From NCBI GenBank assembly GCA_040437565.1, contig JBDOQK010000024.1, positions 124,001 through 188,000 of the forward strand: a DNA stretch of 64,000 nucleotides. Reading direction: 5' to 3'. Below the pieces are notes generated by a model. It was not told the origin of the DNA. It saw only the letters and a list, made by a program, of their open reading frames with translations, and ran no database searches. The translations under genes were made by a program, and so were the position numbers. Position 1 is the first letter of the stretch. Each line of letters opens with the position of its first letter. Shown in pieces: positions 50,720 to 64,000 of this stretch. This stretch comes from Albugo candida (taxonomy: Eukaryota).

Positions 50720-52650
50720 CGTTTCTGGCTGAAACTGTTGTACTTTATAGCGCCGAATACTATCACTGGAATCATCGGAAATGCATTTTTGACGCCTGAA
50801 TAGATGCACGGTGAATACAGGTCACTTCTTCAGATATTTATATGAGTTTCTTGTCATGTTTTTGTGTAGACATCTTCACATGGACAGCGACAACAAACCG
50901 TTCGACGATCACTCCGCGCTCCTTCACAAGCCGAATTGCGCGGAAGGAATCTACTAGCAACTTGTTTCTGTTCAGAGACAAACCTGAGGTGCACATTATG
51001 CAGCCTTCGAGCGGTCGATTGTTATTGTTTACATTCTGTGATGAGCATCTGAGTTTCTTGAGGTTCTCAAACAGAGTTTCATGATTTTCGGATGGAAAGT
51101 GCATCAGCTTTTTTAAGTCTAAAACATCGACGTTAAAGTGCTCAACATTGCACGATGTGATTCAGAATGGCCTAGTTTTCGTCTCTACTTTCCATATTTT
51201 ACTTCATCATACCCTCGTGAACGCAGTTTCGGGCCGGATAAGGCGCTGAAATATGACTCGCCCTACCATTGAGCAGCATACTAAGCTTCCTTCCTTCCAG
51301 TCATACGTCGCCGTATTGATATCTTTATGCTCTACACGGCGACTGGAGACTTCCATGGGTCATGAATTCCCTTCGCAAGATTTTTGCCATGGCTGAAATA
51401 TTTTTGCATGTAATCCCCTTCTTCATCCCACTCTCCTAAATGTCGATGAATTGTACACTCAAAATACGCGGTGAAGAAAGCTGATGCCCTCAAAGCTAAT
51501 TCCGGCAGTTGATGGACCATTCCTTATCGATTAAAAGCTGCTGGAGCACTTCCAAGCCACGAAGCTACGATTTGTAGAAATCGCCTCGACTAAGGAAATC
51601 AGTAAACAGGCGACCAAGTGTCAGGCTAGATGATGCATCCATCCTTCTTTCCTTATTTCATTATCGCATCGAAGTTGTCCTTTTGCGAGCTTCTCATCTT
51701 CCAGGCGGGTCGTTTTCTTTCTCGGTAGATTCTGGTTTAATGTCACCGCCAGTCAATGTATAGATAAAGAGGATTCCCTTCCAATTATTCATGTTGAGAA
51801 CCTGCATGTCGGTTAAAATTGTAAAACTCACGTCAAAGAAGATGGCCATCCAAACCCCACTCCCCGAGTACTACCCGAGCTTGAGGCTGCTTAACTTCGC
51901 AGAGCAGACGGGAAACGGTGCTTTCAGCCTAATATGGCAGCAGGGGCGCCGAAGAAGCCCCTGAATGTCGATTTTGTAAGTCTAGAACGCAATCATAAAA
52001 CGTTTGCTTGCCATGCAAACGCAAGGGATGTCTTCGGCTTCTCAAAATCAGCAAGTGGCTTTTATTCTTGCAATACTCGTGAACAATCTACAGTGTGACA
52101 TTATCGCCTCCATAAATAATAAATGAGTGGCGTTCCGGCTCATAATAGCCAATTCTGATAATTCAGGGACGCGGCAAAGTTTTATAACGGGCAATCACAT
52201 CGATCCAAGATTGGGATTGAGTATTGACAGCTTCTTTGTGTCGACGCTAAAACAGTCTTCCTCCACTGAGCGCTCCTACAATCCTTTACGCGAATCCTTC
52301 CAACCGGGAATGCTTGAGGGGACCAGAAGCGACTTGGTTAGTTGGGGCAAAGTTGCAACAGCCCGAATAAAAAAAGTGTTGACGTGGTCGGATCTTTTCC
52401 TTCATTCGTATCAAGTACTTAATCTTAGATCGTCAAGCGTTTAACCACGCGTTGTCCCAACTGTGGTATATTCAACGAAGCTGCCAACTCACGTACGCAT
52501 TCATCTCGAAGCATCGTGAACAGCTTAATCGCTTGATAGAAGGACATGTGCACGATTTTCGTGCTGGAAATATCAATGAAAAAATTCGATCTCTCTTCAC
52601 CAGTGATATCCAGACGAGACTTACGTGAGGGCGATTGCTTTTGCGATACC
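49800..52650 (-). pseudogene. Family X decayed copy
   Basis: Inverted homologue of 3930..5960 (e.g. IYGGDNVTL.IVHEYCKN versus IYGRENVALKILQEYCKN; LAKGIHDPW versus LAKNVHEPW). Confidence 0.6.
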
Positions 52651-53151
52651 TCTCACTCCCTAGAAAAAATTGGAATCGGTTCACACCGCATAATATCCAT
52701 TTTGAACGTTGTATCTCATACATCGTTCAAAATGGATATTATGCGGTGTGAACCGATTCCAATTTTTTCTAGGGNNNNNNNNNNNNNNNNNNNNNNNNNN
52801 NNNNNNNNNNNNNNNNNNNNNNNNNNNNNNNNNNNNNNNNNNNNNNNNNNNNNNNNNNNNNNNNNNNNNNNNNNGACAATGTTTGAATACTATACTGAAG
52901 AATCCTTGTCATAACAGTTTGTAACTCTAGAGAATAGGAGGTACATGCGCCATCATGAAATGATGTTCCTTAAAGCTTTTTGCGTACCCACTTCAAATGT
53001 GATGCTTATGCCCAATAAATTCTACTGCAAAGGCAGCAGAATAACTGCAAAACACCATTAAATTAGAGCCTTTTTCAATGATGTAGCACCAGCTCTTCCT
53101 TTAGATAGAGAGGGCCAAGGTGCTACTGATCGGTTCTTGTCGAGTGCTTTC

Positions 53152-54025
53152 ATGAATGAAGGGTTCTTCGGAGATGTGCAGAAAAGGTTGATACATCGCT
53201 AGATTTAGCGGACATGATGTTTGAGATAGATAAAGAACCTGTAAGCTACTCTCAGAAAAAACTTTTACATCCTCAGAGATGCACGAAGAGAGTTACCTCC
53301 CGATACTATATCTTTCACGCCCTCTCAATCATGTGGAATACTTATTGCAAAATCAACGAGAAGATGCACTTCCTGGACGGGATTCTGAAATTCAAATGCG
53401 TCACTTTGTATCAGTTGCTACTTCGAATGCAGCGTTGCGTGACGGTGCCTACCAACAGCTGTGACATTACAAACAACCAGGCTTGACCATAGTATGTCAA
53501 GTCGATGGCGGAAACATGGGGGAAAAGAAAAATCGAAACGTTGAAAGCGTTTGACTCATAACCTTGAGCTACGCTATTGCTGTATCAGGCGTTTGCTCGG
53601 AACATGGTGGTGAAAACCGGATCAGCTTAGCCTTCATCCAGTCATGTCGAATACTCCGATGACATAAAAAAAGTAAGAAAAAAGATAATTCAGCAAAATC
53701 ATCCGGTGGAATATCGACACCAAAGTCAGAAAATCATCTTATCACGATAAAGTTTATCGGAACGTAAGCGCATCAGTTGATATAACCAAAAAGAACTCGC
53801 GCTCGTCACGTGATCGTCCACGACTGGAAGAATGCGACAACTCAAAAAGCTCGTCCTCTAGCAATTCGCGGACTCCGATTACATCGACATCTTGGAGAGT
53901 AACAGCATCATTTTTTGCGTACTTCTGTCGTCGTAGCCACGATATCTCTTCTTCTCTTCGAATACGCTTCCAGCATGTATTGGTCCGATCGTGCGGCTGC
54001 AAGGGAGGCTTTGATGCGCCTTATA
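53152..54025 (+). pseudogene. Frameshifted paralogue of family Y gene
   Basis: atgaatgaagggttcttcggagatgtgcag start identical to 36353; MRHFVSVA, NMVVKTGSA, KNSRSSRDR remnants with stops and frameshifts. Confidence 0.85.
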
Positions 54026-57000
54026 ACTAGATTAGTTCCGAGAATATTGCAAGCAGCTTCTCTAGGGGCTAAATGAAAGTGTTATTTTGGGTTATGTTAC
54101 CGACCCTGCCAGGGGAAGTGATAGTCTCTGTCGTAGCAGTCGTGTTTAGTCAATTTCAACGAGCAGATTCGTTGGCAAATTCAATTGAAAAGTAAAATTT
54201 CTCAGAGAACAATGCTGCTCCCAGAACCTAATGATAAATGTTGTTATCACAGCGATCCAGACGTGATCTTGTAAAGTACGGAAAAGTTCAGCGTAATATG
54301 GGCGGAAACAAAATAGGTAAGGAATAAAATTGTTGATGCTCAAGATAACGTTTTTACGTATTTTCTATGTCGCTTTGAAATCATCCGCAGAAAAATAAGC
54401 TCGTGTATCTACGTCTAATCCTACTGTAAACATATGATGAGCCCAAACATGCCACATCCATGCGAATCAACACTTGAGTAGACTTTCTACGTACCGTTGT
54501 CGATGCCGTATACATAAACCTAGCGGTCACAAAAAGTATAACTTCAAGAACTGGCTTGGTAGACACTTACCCTCTTACCGTCCTGGACCTTTTCACATTG
54601 ACNNNNNNNNNNNNNNNNNNNNNNNNNNNNNNNNNNNNNNNNNNNNNNNNNNNNNNNNNNNNNNNNNNNNNNNNNNNNNNNNNNNNNNNNNNNNNNNNNN
54701 NNCTCTTACCGTCCTGGACCTTTTCACATTGACTGTCCGGCCTATTAATCTTTCTATTTTTGCAGTAGAGTATTAGAGGATAGAGATGCAGATGTTCAAG
54801 CCTTATAGGCATTCATTCAGTCTCGTGCAGGAGTACTTTGCGGCTGAGTGGAGTTGGTGATTTCCAGCAATGTAAATATTTAATTGACGATGATGTTTGT
54901 TGGCAATAGTTTATTATCTTGATATACTAGCGACGTAATTGCTATCCCAAGTAGGTATTGCTGAACATACAGATATCAGAGAAATAGTGATGGTAAGGGT
55001 GCCACCAATTCAAGTTGAGCTCTATTCACCAGGCGTGATACCAATGATGATGCAAATTCCCACCATTAGTCTTACGTCCATTCGCAAAAATGCTATACTT
55101 CTTTTGATTTGCATGGCAATTTAAAATCCAAGCGTGCCTTGTATTCGAGTATAACAAATAAGTCCGATTATTAGCATTTGATCGTAGAACAGAACACACG
55201 TTATCATCTGTTGCATGTTTACGACTTCTCTCAGTCTTATTTTCATCCTCATCGCCAGTGCTACAACATTTTCTGTTCTTGTATCCCGGTTAAGTGATGA
55301 CCTACTCAATTGCCCAGACTCGAATGCGTCTTGGTGGATCGAGGTAGAGTAAACTGCGTGGGACAATCTATAAGTGATCTTGGCCATCATGAAACATAAT
55401 CTGTAATATATGAGTTTTTAGTAACTTTCGATAATTTGTCTGCGGATCCTGTTCGTTTGCTATGGTTCTCATGGCTTAGAAGCAAACAGTTCAACTTCGT
55501 GAATCATACTAAAATTTCAAAGCTGGCCAATTATCACTTGAAATCTTGGTAACAACTTGTCCTGAACAATCAATCATGCAAACATCTTCCAACCCGGTAT
55601 CAGCCAATTTCTCGTTACGCAAGAAAGAGACGTCCGCTTGTGAGGCGAGTTTCACGCTGTATCTCAACGGTCAATCTCAATGTAGCAATCACAACTTTTG
55701 GTGTGCTGCTAATAGCCAAAATCTACTTGCATATAAGAAAGCGTGTACTTCATCCCCCATAGTGTGTACTATTATTACCGGAGTACTTCCAAGCTGTAGC
55801 AAGCATCGTAGATCACAATGCCCTCATATAGGCATATATATGATTTACCTTCTAGCAACTGTGAGCTCTCAGTCATCGTATTCGTATTCATGGATCTCTA
55901 GTTGCCCTGAATTAGAAATTGAAAAGACCTGCCTTTTCACTTTTGCAAGACCATAAAGATTGACACAAGGATGTAATAACTTATTCAACATGTAAACTTT
56001 TCTTTTACGTACGTAATGCATGCGCTGTCATAACGTATTCTTTTGTGTTGCGTAATAACCTGCTGAAAACTACATTTTGATGAGTCATTTTATTATATCC
56101 TCAAAACGTTTGCTGAGTGAGAAGGTGAAGAAATAGAAATGATCGCAACGCAGTTTTATGCTGATGATTATATCATTCCAAAATTATACTTTCTCCTAGT
56201 TCAGCGTAGATACATCGTCTACTGGGGCAATTCTTCGTTCCGTTCACGGTGAACAAAATACCAAGTAGTCTTATATGCACATCCGATTCAGCGGAATCAA
56301 ATCTAGGGACGGCTGCGTTTATGAAAAGGACCAAGGTGCGCTCTCCTCGGAACAAGAGATTGCTAGAACTTGTGCGAGTGTTCCTATCTATTTTGAATGA
56401 AGTTGACGTTTTGGTAATGCAGGAAAAGAGCATGATGAAGGTGTATTTGAAGAGGGTATCCCTATTTGTGCTTCCTATGATGAGCTCGCTACTCAGCGGG
56501 TATTTTCAGGGTACACGTAGTATGTCGATGAGACTACCCGCTGCATCATTGAACGAAGTAAAATCGTTCCTGAATTAGAGTCAATCAGGTGGGATAGCTT
56601 CACAAGTATGAACCGAGCTACTTCCTTACGTAGTATGCCTTTCGAAATGGGCTGGTACAATTTCTTCTGATATATTCTTGTGCCAGTCGCAGAGTATATA
56701 CAAGCCCGCCAGCCAGGGAGAGATATGTTAAACAGACCAGCAAAAGCTTTCCGAGTGCGCTTTATTGTACGGGCTATTCAATCGGTTTATTGCAACGAGA
56801 TTGTTCCACGTGTACTCAATTCGCAAGAATTAATGAAAATAGAAGCTACTCGCGGTTGCATTCTGAGTCTGCAAGCGGTTTGCGGCTAAGTAGAGGGACC
56901 GTGTCGAGTTCAAACATCCGCTAATCCTGATACAGAAATCTACTGAATTCCCATTCATTTTCAGGCAAAAGTCAATACAGCATTCTGTTTTTCTCTTCAA

Positions 57001-57510
57001 GAAGAACCTGAAGCGTTCTGTAATTTGTGAACTAGACCTGTGTCTACCATTATAATTATCTTTTGAATGCTTAAGTGCATACCAACCTAGAATTCAGTAA
57101 TATCCTTTCAAACAGGCCAATATGGCTGTTAGAGCAGAGGATTGATTGCGGGTATGAGTTTTCATTCAGGAGATTAAGTTATATTGATACGCTTGTCGTG
57201 AAGCCGAAATGTCCCCTCTATGCCCGAGTGACAAAATTTGCGACCTGATTTACCGTAGGTCAAGTAAGCTTCAAATAGGAGTAAATGTAAATCTATGCAG
57301 GTGTTGATTGATGTCACGGTAAAAGATAAAAGAGAGGGGTGAGAAATTTTTTAGAATTAAAAGTGAATCGCGAGTTGCTCGATTCACTAGGTTCTTTTCC
57401 AACGCTCGCGCTAAGAAGTCCCTGCTGTTTACCGATGTGAAGACACATCAGCGAGACGTAAATGGGTGCTTTATTCCATCATAGGACACTCGTATCGCAA
57501 TCTGGGCTTG

Positions 57511-59062
57511 TCATTGTTGTGTTAATTTAGATACGCGGATTAAAGCTCTTGTGCGACGTCGGACTGACGGCTCATTCCCCACCGTCTTATCCGTTGACTT
57601 CTCGGAACGTTCTTTCACGGTTTCAGGAGGTTGAATGAAGAGATAGTTGATTTCTTCGCCCGTATTTTCCATTATGAGGGAGGAAGCTTTCAAAACTGCA
57701 GGACCCAGTACCCATGTTTNNNNNNNNNNNNNNNNNNNNNNNNNNNNNNNNNNNNNNNNNNNNNNNNNNNNNNNNNNNNNNNNNNNNNNNNNNNNNNNNN
57801 NNNNNNNNNNNNNNNNNNNTAGATACGCGGATTAAAGCTCTTGTGCGACGTCGGACTGACGGCTCATTCCCCACCGTCTTATCCGTTGACTTCTCGGAAC
57901 GTTCTTTCACGGTTTCAGGAGGTTGAATGAAGAGATAGTTGATTTCTTCGCCCGTATTTTCCATTATGAGGGAGGAAGCTTTCAAAACTGCAGGACCCAG
58001 TACCCATGTTTTTTCCTCAAAGGACTTTTCCATAAGTAAAGTACACCCACCATTTTTTTCTTTGAGATAATGTTCGGCTTTGAGGACAATAAAATTAAAG
58101 GCTGAGAAAGTAATCTTCATATCCAGGAAGGATAATCCAGGTTGGATACTGTCGCAAGTTTGTTGAATTTGAATCCTTTTGCCATCAGGTCGAATTGAAC
58201 GCCGATAATTGGCCAAGAGCTCCGTTACCATGGCATCATAGTGTGAAATTGGGAGTTTAATTCCTTCGACGTCAAAATCAATTCGAATTTTCTGGTCTAG
58301 CTGCGTTGAACCATGTAAATACACCTCAGCTGAAAGATGCCCTTCGAACAAACGAGCTACTTTATCTCGTGAAAATTCACGATGTCCACAAATCATCACA
58401 TAACCTTTGGTCGCTCTCCACGTGAGATAATACAATCCTTCATTACCTGTCATATAAGTTTGTTTACTCATGCCCAAACCCGTCTCAGTAGTGTAGAGCA
58501 GGTTACTTCGAATCCACTCTTTTAGATCCCTTCCTGGCAACTTCCAGCCGATCCTGTATAATTCACCATCGATCGTTCTGCTCATGGGTGTTGCCAATTT
58601 CCACAGTCTGCCTCTGTCCATCACATCTTCGTTATTTGAAAGCCCATTCGGTGCAGCTGACATTTGTAAAAGAGGTTCTAACAAATCCTTTCCGGATTCT
58701 TTCCGTATGCTTGGATTCGTCTGACTATTCGATCCAGTGGGTAAAAATAAAAACTTACTGCAATCCGATATAAATTGTGAGCAAGTTTGTACGAAATTTA
58801 TTCCCAAGTCTACTATGGTATTCGTATAATCTAGGCTCAATGTGTAGTCTTCATTGTCTGTTATCATCAACTCATGAAAGGGCGTGGCCTTCGAGAAACT
58901 CAATTTTGGATGGATGTGCACGATGAGGCCTTTCAGAGAGGCCGCACATTGATGATACTCGAAGGATGATCCGAGCCCAAGAATAGCGTACGTTTTCATA
59001 GAAACAGCTCTCGTGCTTTGTCCTCCAAGTCGAATTTTGAAAAATGTAAGACTTCTTACCAT
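57511..59062 (-). CDS. Family P member P9: intact secreted pepsin-fold pseudo-protease candidate
   Basis: Full-length paralogue of P6 (ATG at 59062, or MKTYAILGLG at 58999); RIDFDVEGIKLP, WVLGPAVLK. Stop at 57511 after collapsing the gap overlap. Confidence 0.85.
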
Positions 59063-60189
59063 TCATTGGGCCATCGAGGTCAAGTGCAGCCAGCAGTTGA
59101 GAACCATTGATTTTCCCCTTCGACAACTTTGATGATATAGAATTCATCCTTTGAAAATATAGAAGCGCACTTAGCGTGTTAAAGTGATAAAAAAAGTTGC
59201 ACTAGATTTGTCGGGAAGTTCAGATTTAGATTCATCGCAATTTATCAATAATTGTAGCGTTGCTTGTTCTGAGCTAACAACGTCAGTACTATATGTAGTT
59301 TTTCCGGCCTTAGGAATGCTTTGCATTGTTAAGCTGAAAATTTACTTTCTTTGTCTTACACCTTGAATCCTTCTGAGCATACCATATATACACGATAGCG
59401 CACCTACGAATACAATTACGTTGTAAAAGTAAGTCCCATAGAAGAAAGGTTCCGGGATGGGTAAACACCATGATGGTATGAATTACATCAAGGAAGTAAA
59501 GACCGTTCTCATCAAACAACACCTATATTTTTCTATTCTGGTCAGTGTCAGCATCAATTAAACTTGTTTCAAGCGACTGGTAAGAGTTCATTTTAAGCAG
59601 AGATAGAAGCACTATCCTTTTTCTTCACTCCGCTCAGCGAGGTACATTTGGAATTTTGACACCTTGGACATATTCTCTTACAGCGTGCAAATATATATAA
59701 AGTGATGATAAATGACTTGTTCCACCGTTAAGCCTCCTACATTATTTTCGCAACTCTGGGTGTCTAGCAAATAAAATAATTGTCATTAGCTTTCATTAAA
59801 TTTTGTTCGAGCACTACCTGCTCAGTGAAAGGTGTCTATATTACTATAATAAAACTAACTGATTTCTCTTGTTGCCTGGGCTATCTTGAATAACGTATGG
59901 GAACCGTTAAAAACCCCTCAGTGCTTTTGGTAAAATCCTCTCAGTTTGATATGACTGGCTAACTTCATGCTTGCATAGTGCTACGCACGCCTAGGTAAGG
60001 GACAATATGATAGCACTGCCCGCTACTTTTCAAAGTCACCTATTTTGCGCTTAGTTTGCAATCATCCAGCTCAGTTCGATTTGCGTTTGTTTATTTATGA
60101 TCATTTTTGTTAGACTATTTCACAGTTCACGATTTGTTCATAACACAAAAATATTCTATTCTGTAAACTGATTCCAAATATTTCACTGT

Positions 60190-60529
60190 TCATAGGTCAT
60201 TCACGGCACAAGAACCTTCTATTATATGAACTTGGTCCTTTGGGCCCTGTTGTTGCATTTCCACATCTTCGTGCGTTGTGTACTATCCTCCTACAACGGC
60301 CACATCTTCTTTTCATGGGTGCATCCAAGGCTGCTTGCTACAACGTGCTTAAATGCCGACAAGGTTCTTGGTGTCGATGATACAGATGATTGTTTCCGTC
60401 GGTCGATCCATATGGCCTCCCACGAATTCGCACAGATTCTAATTCAAGGACAGAACTTGCAGCAGCCGGATCGCCGATTATGATGTCCAGCAAACGGCGT
60501 TTCTTGTGCGAAGAAGACTCGGTTGCATA
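60190..60529 (-). mobile_element. Probable Mutator/MULE transposase C-terminal relic
   Basis: Minus-strand IRGRPYGST followed, after a stop, by KRRCGRCRRIVHNARRC (AT-hook-like motif plus CCHC knuckle). Confidence 0.5.
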
Positions 60530-60773
60530 TGTTGGAAGATCATGTGCATCGGGTGCACAGTAAGCGCCGCCGCGAAGAGACAATGACTTTTACGACCGTG
60601 AAGAATTGCAAGAAGGAACCAGATCGACTGTGAGGAGTCGCGGGAGCAAAACTGACTTGCTGCGAAGAATCGCAGCGTGCACAATCACAAACTCCTTCCA
60701 GCTACATTGAATACAATTATTCCCCATTCTACTCTGTTGTTAACACTCGTGAAGACCTTACTGTTTGCCAACA
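60530..60773 (+). repeat. 5' LTR (TGTTGG...CCAACA) followed by PBS-like tgttatgagccca
   Basis: Terminal inverted hexamers; repeated at 63896..64000. Confidence 0.88.
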
Positions 60774-63700
60774 TGTTATGAGCCCAAGTTCGAAGGCTTG
60801 GTCAAGAGAGCGTGACGAAAGCACGACAATACCTAGTCCACGCAAGTAGGACGGTTCACGAAAGGGACCAACAAGGGGGATCAAGATGGAAGGAAGAGGA
60901 ACAGCACAGATGGGGCATGCCGAACAAAGAGTGAAGACATAGCGTCCCCAGTGAACCAGGCGGAAGCTCTTGCGAGAAAGCTCAGGATGCTGGAGAAGAT
61001 CGATAGCCATGTCGGTCAAGCCGAGACTCGTCAAAATGGGAGCAGCGGTTTTGGAAACGCTCCGGATTCACCTTCTCTACCAGCGGAGGTCTCTCTAAAA
61101 GCAACGTTAGGTGAATTAACGGCCACGATTGGTCGTGCAGTGTCTGAGCTTGGTGGAGGACTCACACTGGATGAGTTTGATGACAGTGGATTTGGAGCAA
61201 AAGTGTCTTAAAGGGTGGAACAGAGAACGCACCTATTAGAAGACACTCGATCCATAAACGCCTAACTCGGCACCACCGGGAGCTATCAGGATTCCCAAGC
61301 TCGTGATAGATAAGTTCACGGGTGAATAGCAGTATACACGTCTCGGCACAGATTTCAAGCAGTGGGGGTATACATTTCTCGAAGCGGTTGAGATGGCCGA
61401 GACATAGAGTCAATTTGCGTGGGAGAACGCCTTAAAGTGAACAAGCTGGGAGAATACATGGCGTCATACCGTGTGGCTGCAACGTGAGGAAATGGTGGGA
61501 GGTCAACCCGACGTTGTACTACGCACTCGACCATGTACCAAGCGTTCAAGATGACTATTACGCACCAACAGGCCGCCGCATTGTTTGCGAGTAAAAAAAC
61601 AAGTTTCGTTCGTGGAACCAGCATCTCTTATACCTAATCGCATTATGTTAAGAAAGAGAATTACTCGAACGACTCGTCGTGGAAAATATCGTCAAGTACG
61701 CTGAGCCGCATCTCAAAATTGCGATGATGGTGAGATACCAACTGAGTCGCACGGACTACCTCACACATGCACAAGAGCTCATCGCATGGGACACAAGAGA
61801 TTGATGACGATGAAAAAGTGGTTAAGCAAATGATCAAGGGCATAGTCAGTGCAGTGGGAAATGGCAAGGTTCATGGTCACTCCCAAGGTGAAGACGGGAA
61901 GTGTTTCAACTGCAGCAAGCGATGACATTTAGTGAGACAATACCACCAACCGAAAGAAGACGATGGTTCGCGGTAAAGCTAATTTTGTATTGACTGCATG
62001 CGAGCGCCTGGAGCACCAGCGAACGAAGGGGACAACACCTTGCTACGTTTTTGACGTCACTGAAAGGGATTTGAATCTGTGGGTGGTGACAGTGGTGCAA
62101 GCAGACATCTCGTCCAGGACGCTGACTTGCTTCACGATGCCATGGAATGTGATGAAAATGATGGAATCCTTTTGCCTGACGGAGGTGTACTCAAGGTGAC
62201 CAAACGAGGCTCTGTGGTCCTACATGGTGAAGGAAGGAGCATGAAGACAAGATAATAGGTCAGCTCAGCCAGCAGTTTATATCAAGGAGAATGCACCCAT
62301 GTGGGAGAACTGCAAACAAGTGCCGAAGAGCTGAAGGTATCGGATCCAGTGCTAATGGCGTCTTCAGTTCTACCTGTGGAACAAGAACATGACAGAAAAC
62401 TCGCGATAACAGACCTAAAAAATTATGAGGCAGCGCGTCGTAGACCTGATAGTGCCAGATGGGCGATTGCTAATTAGGAGGAACTTGCGTCAGTCGAGGC
62501 AAACGAAACGTGGACGGTGATCAAATGTCCAAAAAGCGTGAAAGCCATTCCGACCAAGTGGGTTTATAAAACCAAGATGAGGGAAAATGGGACTGTGGAA
62601 AGATACCAGGAAATATTGGTGGATCGCGGCGACAAGCAAAGTTTTGGTGTGAAGTACAATCTCACATTCTCTACGGTGATGCCGATAGGAAATGCATTTG
62701 TCATTTTTACGTTTTTCACGGATGTGGGGAATTCCGGCTAGGCATGGTGACGTCCCAAGCGCGTACCCGAAAGCTTTCAAGGAGCCAGAGTACGAAATAC
62801 ACTTGAGAATTTCCTATGGAATGTCAGTGACCCAAGAAATCCTGAACCGACTTGGCGTAACGGAACCTGATGAATTGGTGTTGCTTCTAGGGCGGAGACT
62901 ATATGGATCAAAACAGGCACGAAGACTTTGGCATCAATTGTTGTGGGACGCTGCTTAAGATTAATTTCGTACAATGCATTAATGACCCGTGTATGACTAT
63001 CGTCGGGGTCTACGTTGCTGACCTGCTAATTACAGGCACGACAGTGAGACCTATTGATCACTTCTTTACTGACATGAAGGTGCTTGAAATCAACGATCTC
63101 GGTACTGTTGAGAGGTTCTTCGGAATGAGAATTGCGTGGAAAAAAGAAGTAGGCTTTTGTCGACCAGGAGCAGACGTTGAAGAACTGCTTGAGAAAGTTG
63201 GCGTGACCGAAGCAAACTCGGTATGAGTACCGATATCTGATTGCATCGAGTACCGACTATCGAGGTTTCAGTCTCTAGTAGGGAGCTTGCTATAGGTATC
63301 GCGCAGCACGCGTACAGATATTTCGTTCGCGATGCACAGAGCGAATAGACGAAGTCACGCACCTACCCTGCAGAATTATAAGCTTGCAAAAAGATTGCAA
63401 GGTACTTGAAGGGAACGAAAGGTTTGATGTTGCGTTTGCGTGAAGACAGTGGGCCCCGGTGTCTTATCAGAATTGTCAGCTTCAGTGATGTGGACTCTGC
63501 GGATGACAATGAAGATCGAAAGCCTGTGAGTGCAGGTGTATAGATTGTTGATGGAATTACTGTAGGATGGCTCTGCAAGAAGCAAGCTGCTCTGACTCAG
63601 TCGACAGCGGAAGCGGGGTTCGTCGCTGCGGCCGTCAGAGAATGTGAGGCGCTGAGATCGAAGAAGCTTTACGAAGAGCTCGAGAAACGAGTGAAGACAT

Positions 63701-63895
63701 ATGTGGCAATCAAGATTGACAATCGAGCTGCAGTGAAGCAAATCGAAAACGAGGCGAGCTCAACCAGCACGAAGCATGGGGATGTGAAGCTCAAATACTT
63801 ACGTAATTACGCCAAGAAGGAGGCGGTCAAGCCAACTTATGAATGTACGAAGACGATGTTCGCCGATTTAATGACGAAGGTGCTGCCAGATCCAA

Positions 63896-64000
63896 TGGAA
63901 GATCATGTGCATCGGGCGCACAGTAACCGACGTCGTGCAGAGACAGTGACTTTAACGACCGTGAAGAATTGCAAGAAGGAACCAGATCGACTGCGAGGAG
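63896..64000 (+). repeat. 3' LTR (partial)
   Basis: Matches 60533..60637 with about 9 substitutions in 105 nt by manual count. Confidence 0.88.

Larger units (their letters stand above)
60530..64000 (+). mobile_element. Decayed Ty1/copia LTR retrotransposon, truncated by the window end
   Basis: Gag knuckle KCFNCSK, protease DSGASRH, RT KAIPTKWVYKTK / LYGSKQARRLW / VGVYVADLLITG, RNase H FSDVDSA / ADLMTKVLP; many stops and frameshifts; LTRs at both ends. Confidence 0.92.

Noticed and set aside
50838-51104. BRCT-like start RPLEGCIMCTSGL
   Set aside because: Lies within the decayed X repeat and the rest of a BRCT domain is not evident.
52658-52774. Perfect 51-bp-arm hairpin (possible miRNA or MITE)
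   Set aside because: Ends exactly at a gap; typical fold-back chimera at a contig end.
1-64000. CRISPR arrays, rRNA, prokaryotic operons or defence systems
   Set aside because: No repeat-spacer arrays or rRNA-like sequence seen; genes contain spliceosomal introns.

Overview
Eukaryotic scaffold with ten 100-N gaps. Compact genes, 45-60 nt GT-AG introns and gene content suggest an oomycete, possibly Albugo-like; this is inference, not checked. A gene-dense core (about 12.4-35.6 kb) holds COX15, a SYLF/Ysc84 protein, an M16A insulinase, two C2-domain paralogues (one with a U-box), a YTH protein, a TPR/IQ protein, XPA, tRNA-Pro(AGG) and a secreted alpha carbonic anhydrase. Both flanks are built from decayed segmental duplications of three gene families, labelled here P, X and Y. 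Family P is the main finding: at least 8 loci encoding signal-peptide-like proteins whose C-terminal half follows the pepsin (A1 aspartic protease) C-lobe pattern but lacks the catalytic D[TS]G motif, so they are candidate secreted pseudo-proteases or effectors. The right end is a decayed Ty1/copia LTR element inserted in a probable Mutator-like relic. Several exact duplications and fold-backs beside gaps look like assembly artefacts. All alignments were done by eye and pseudogene boundaries are approximate.
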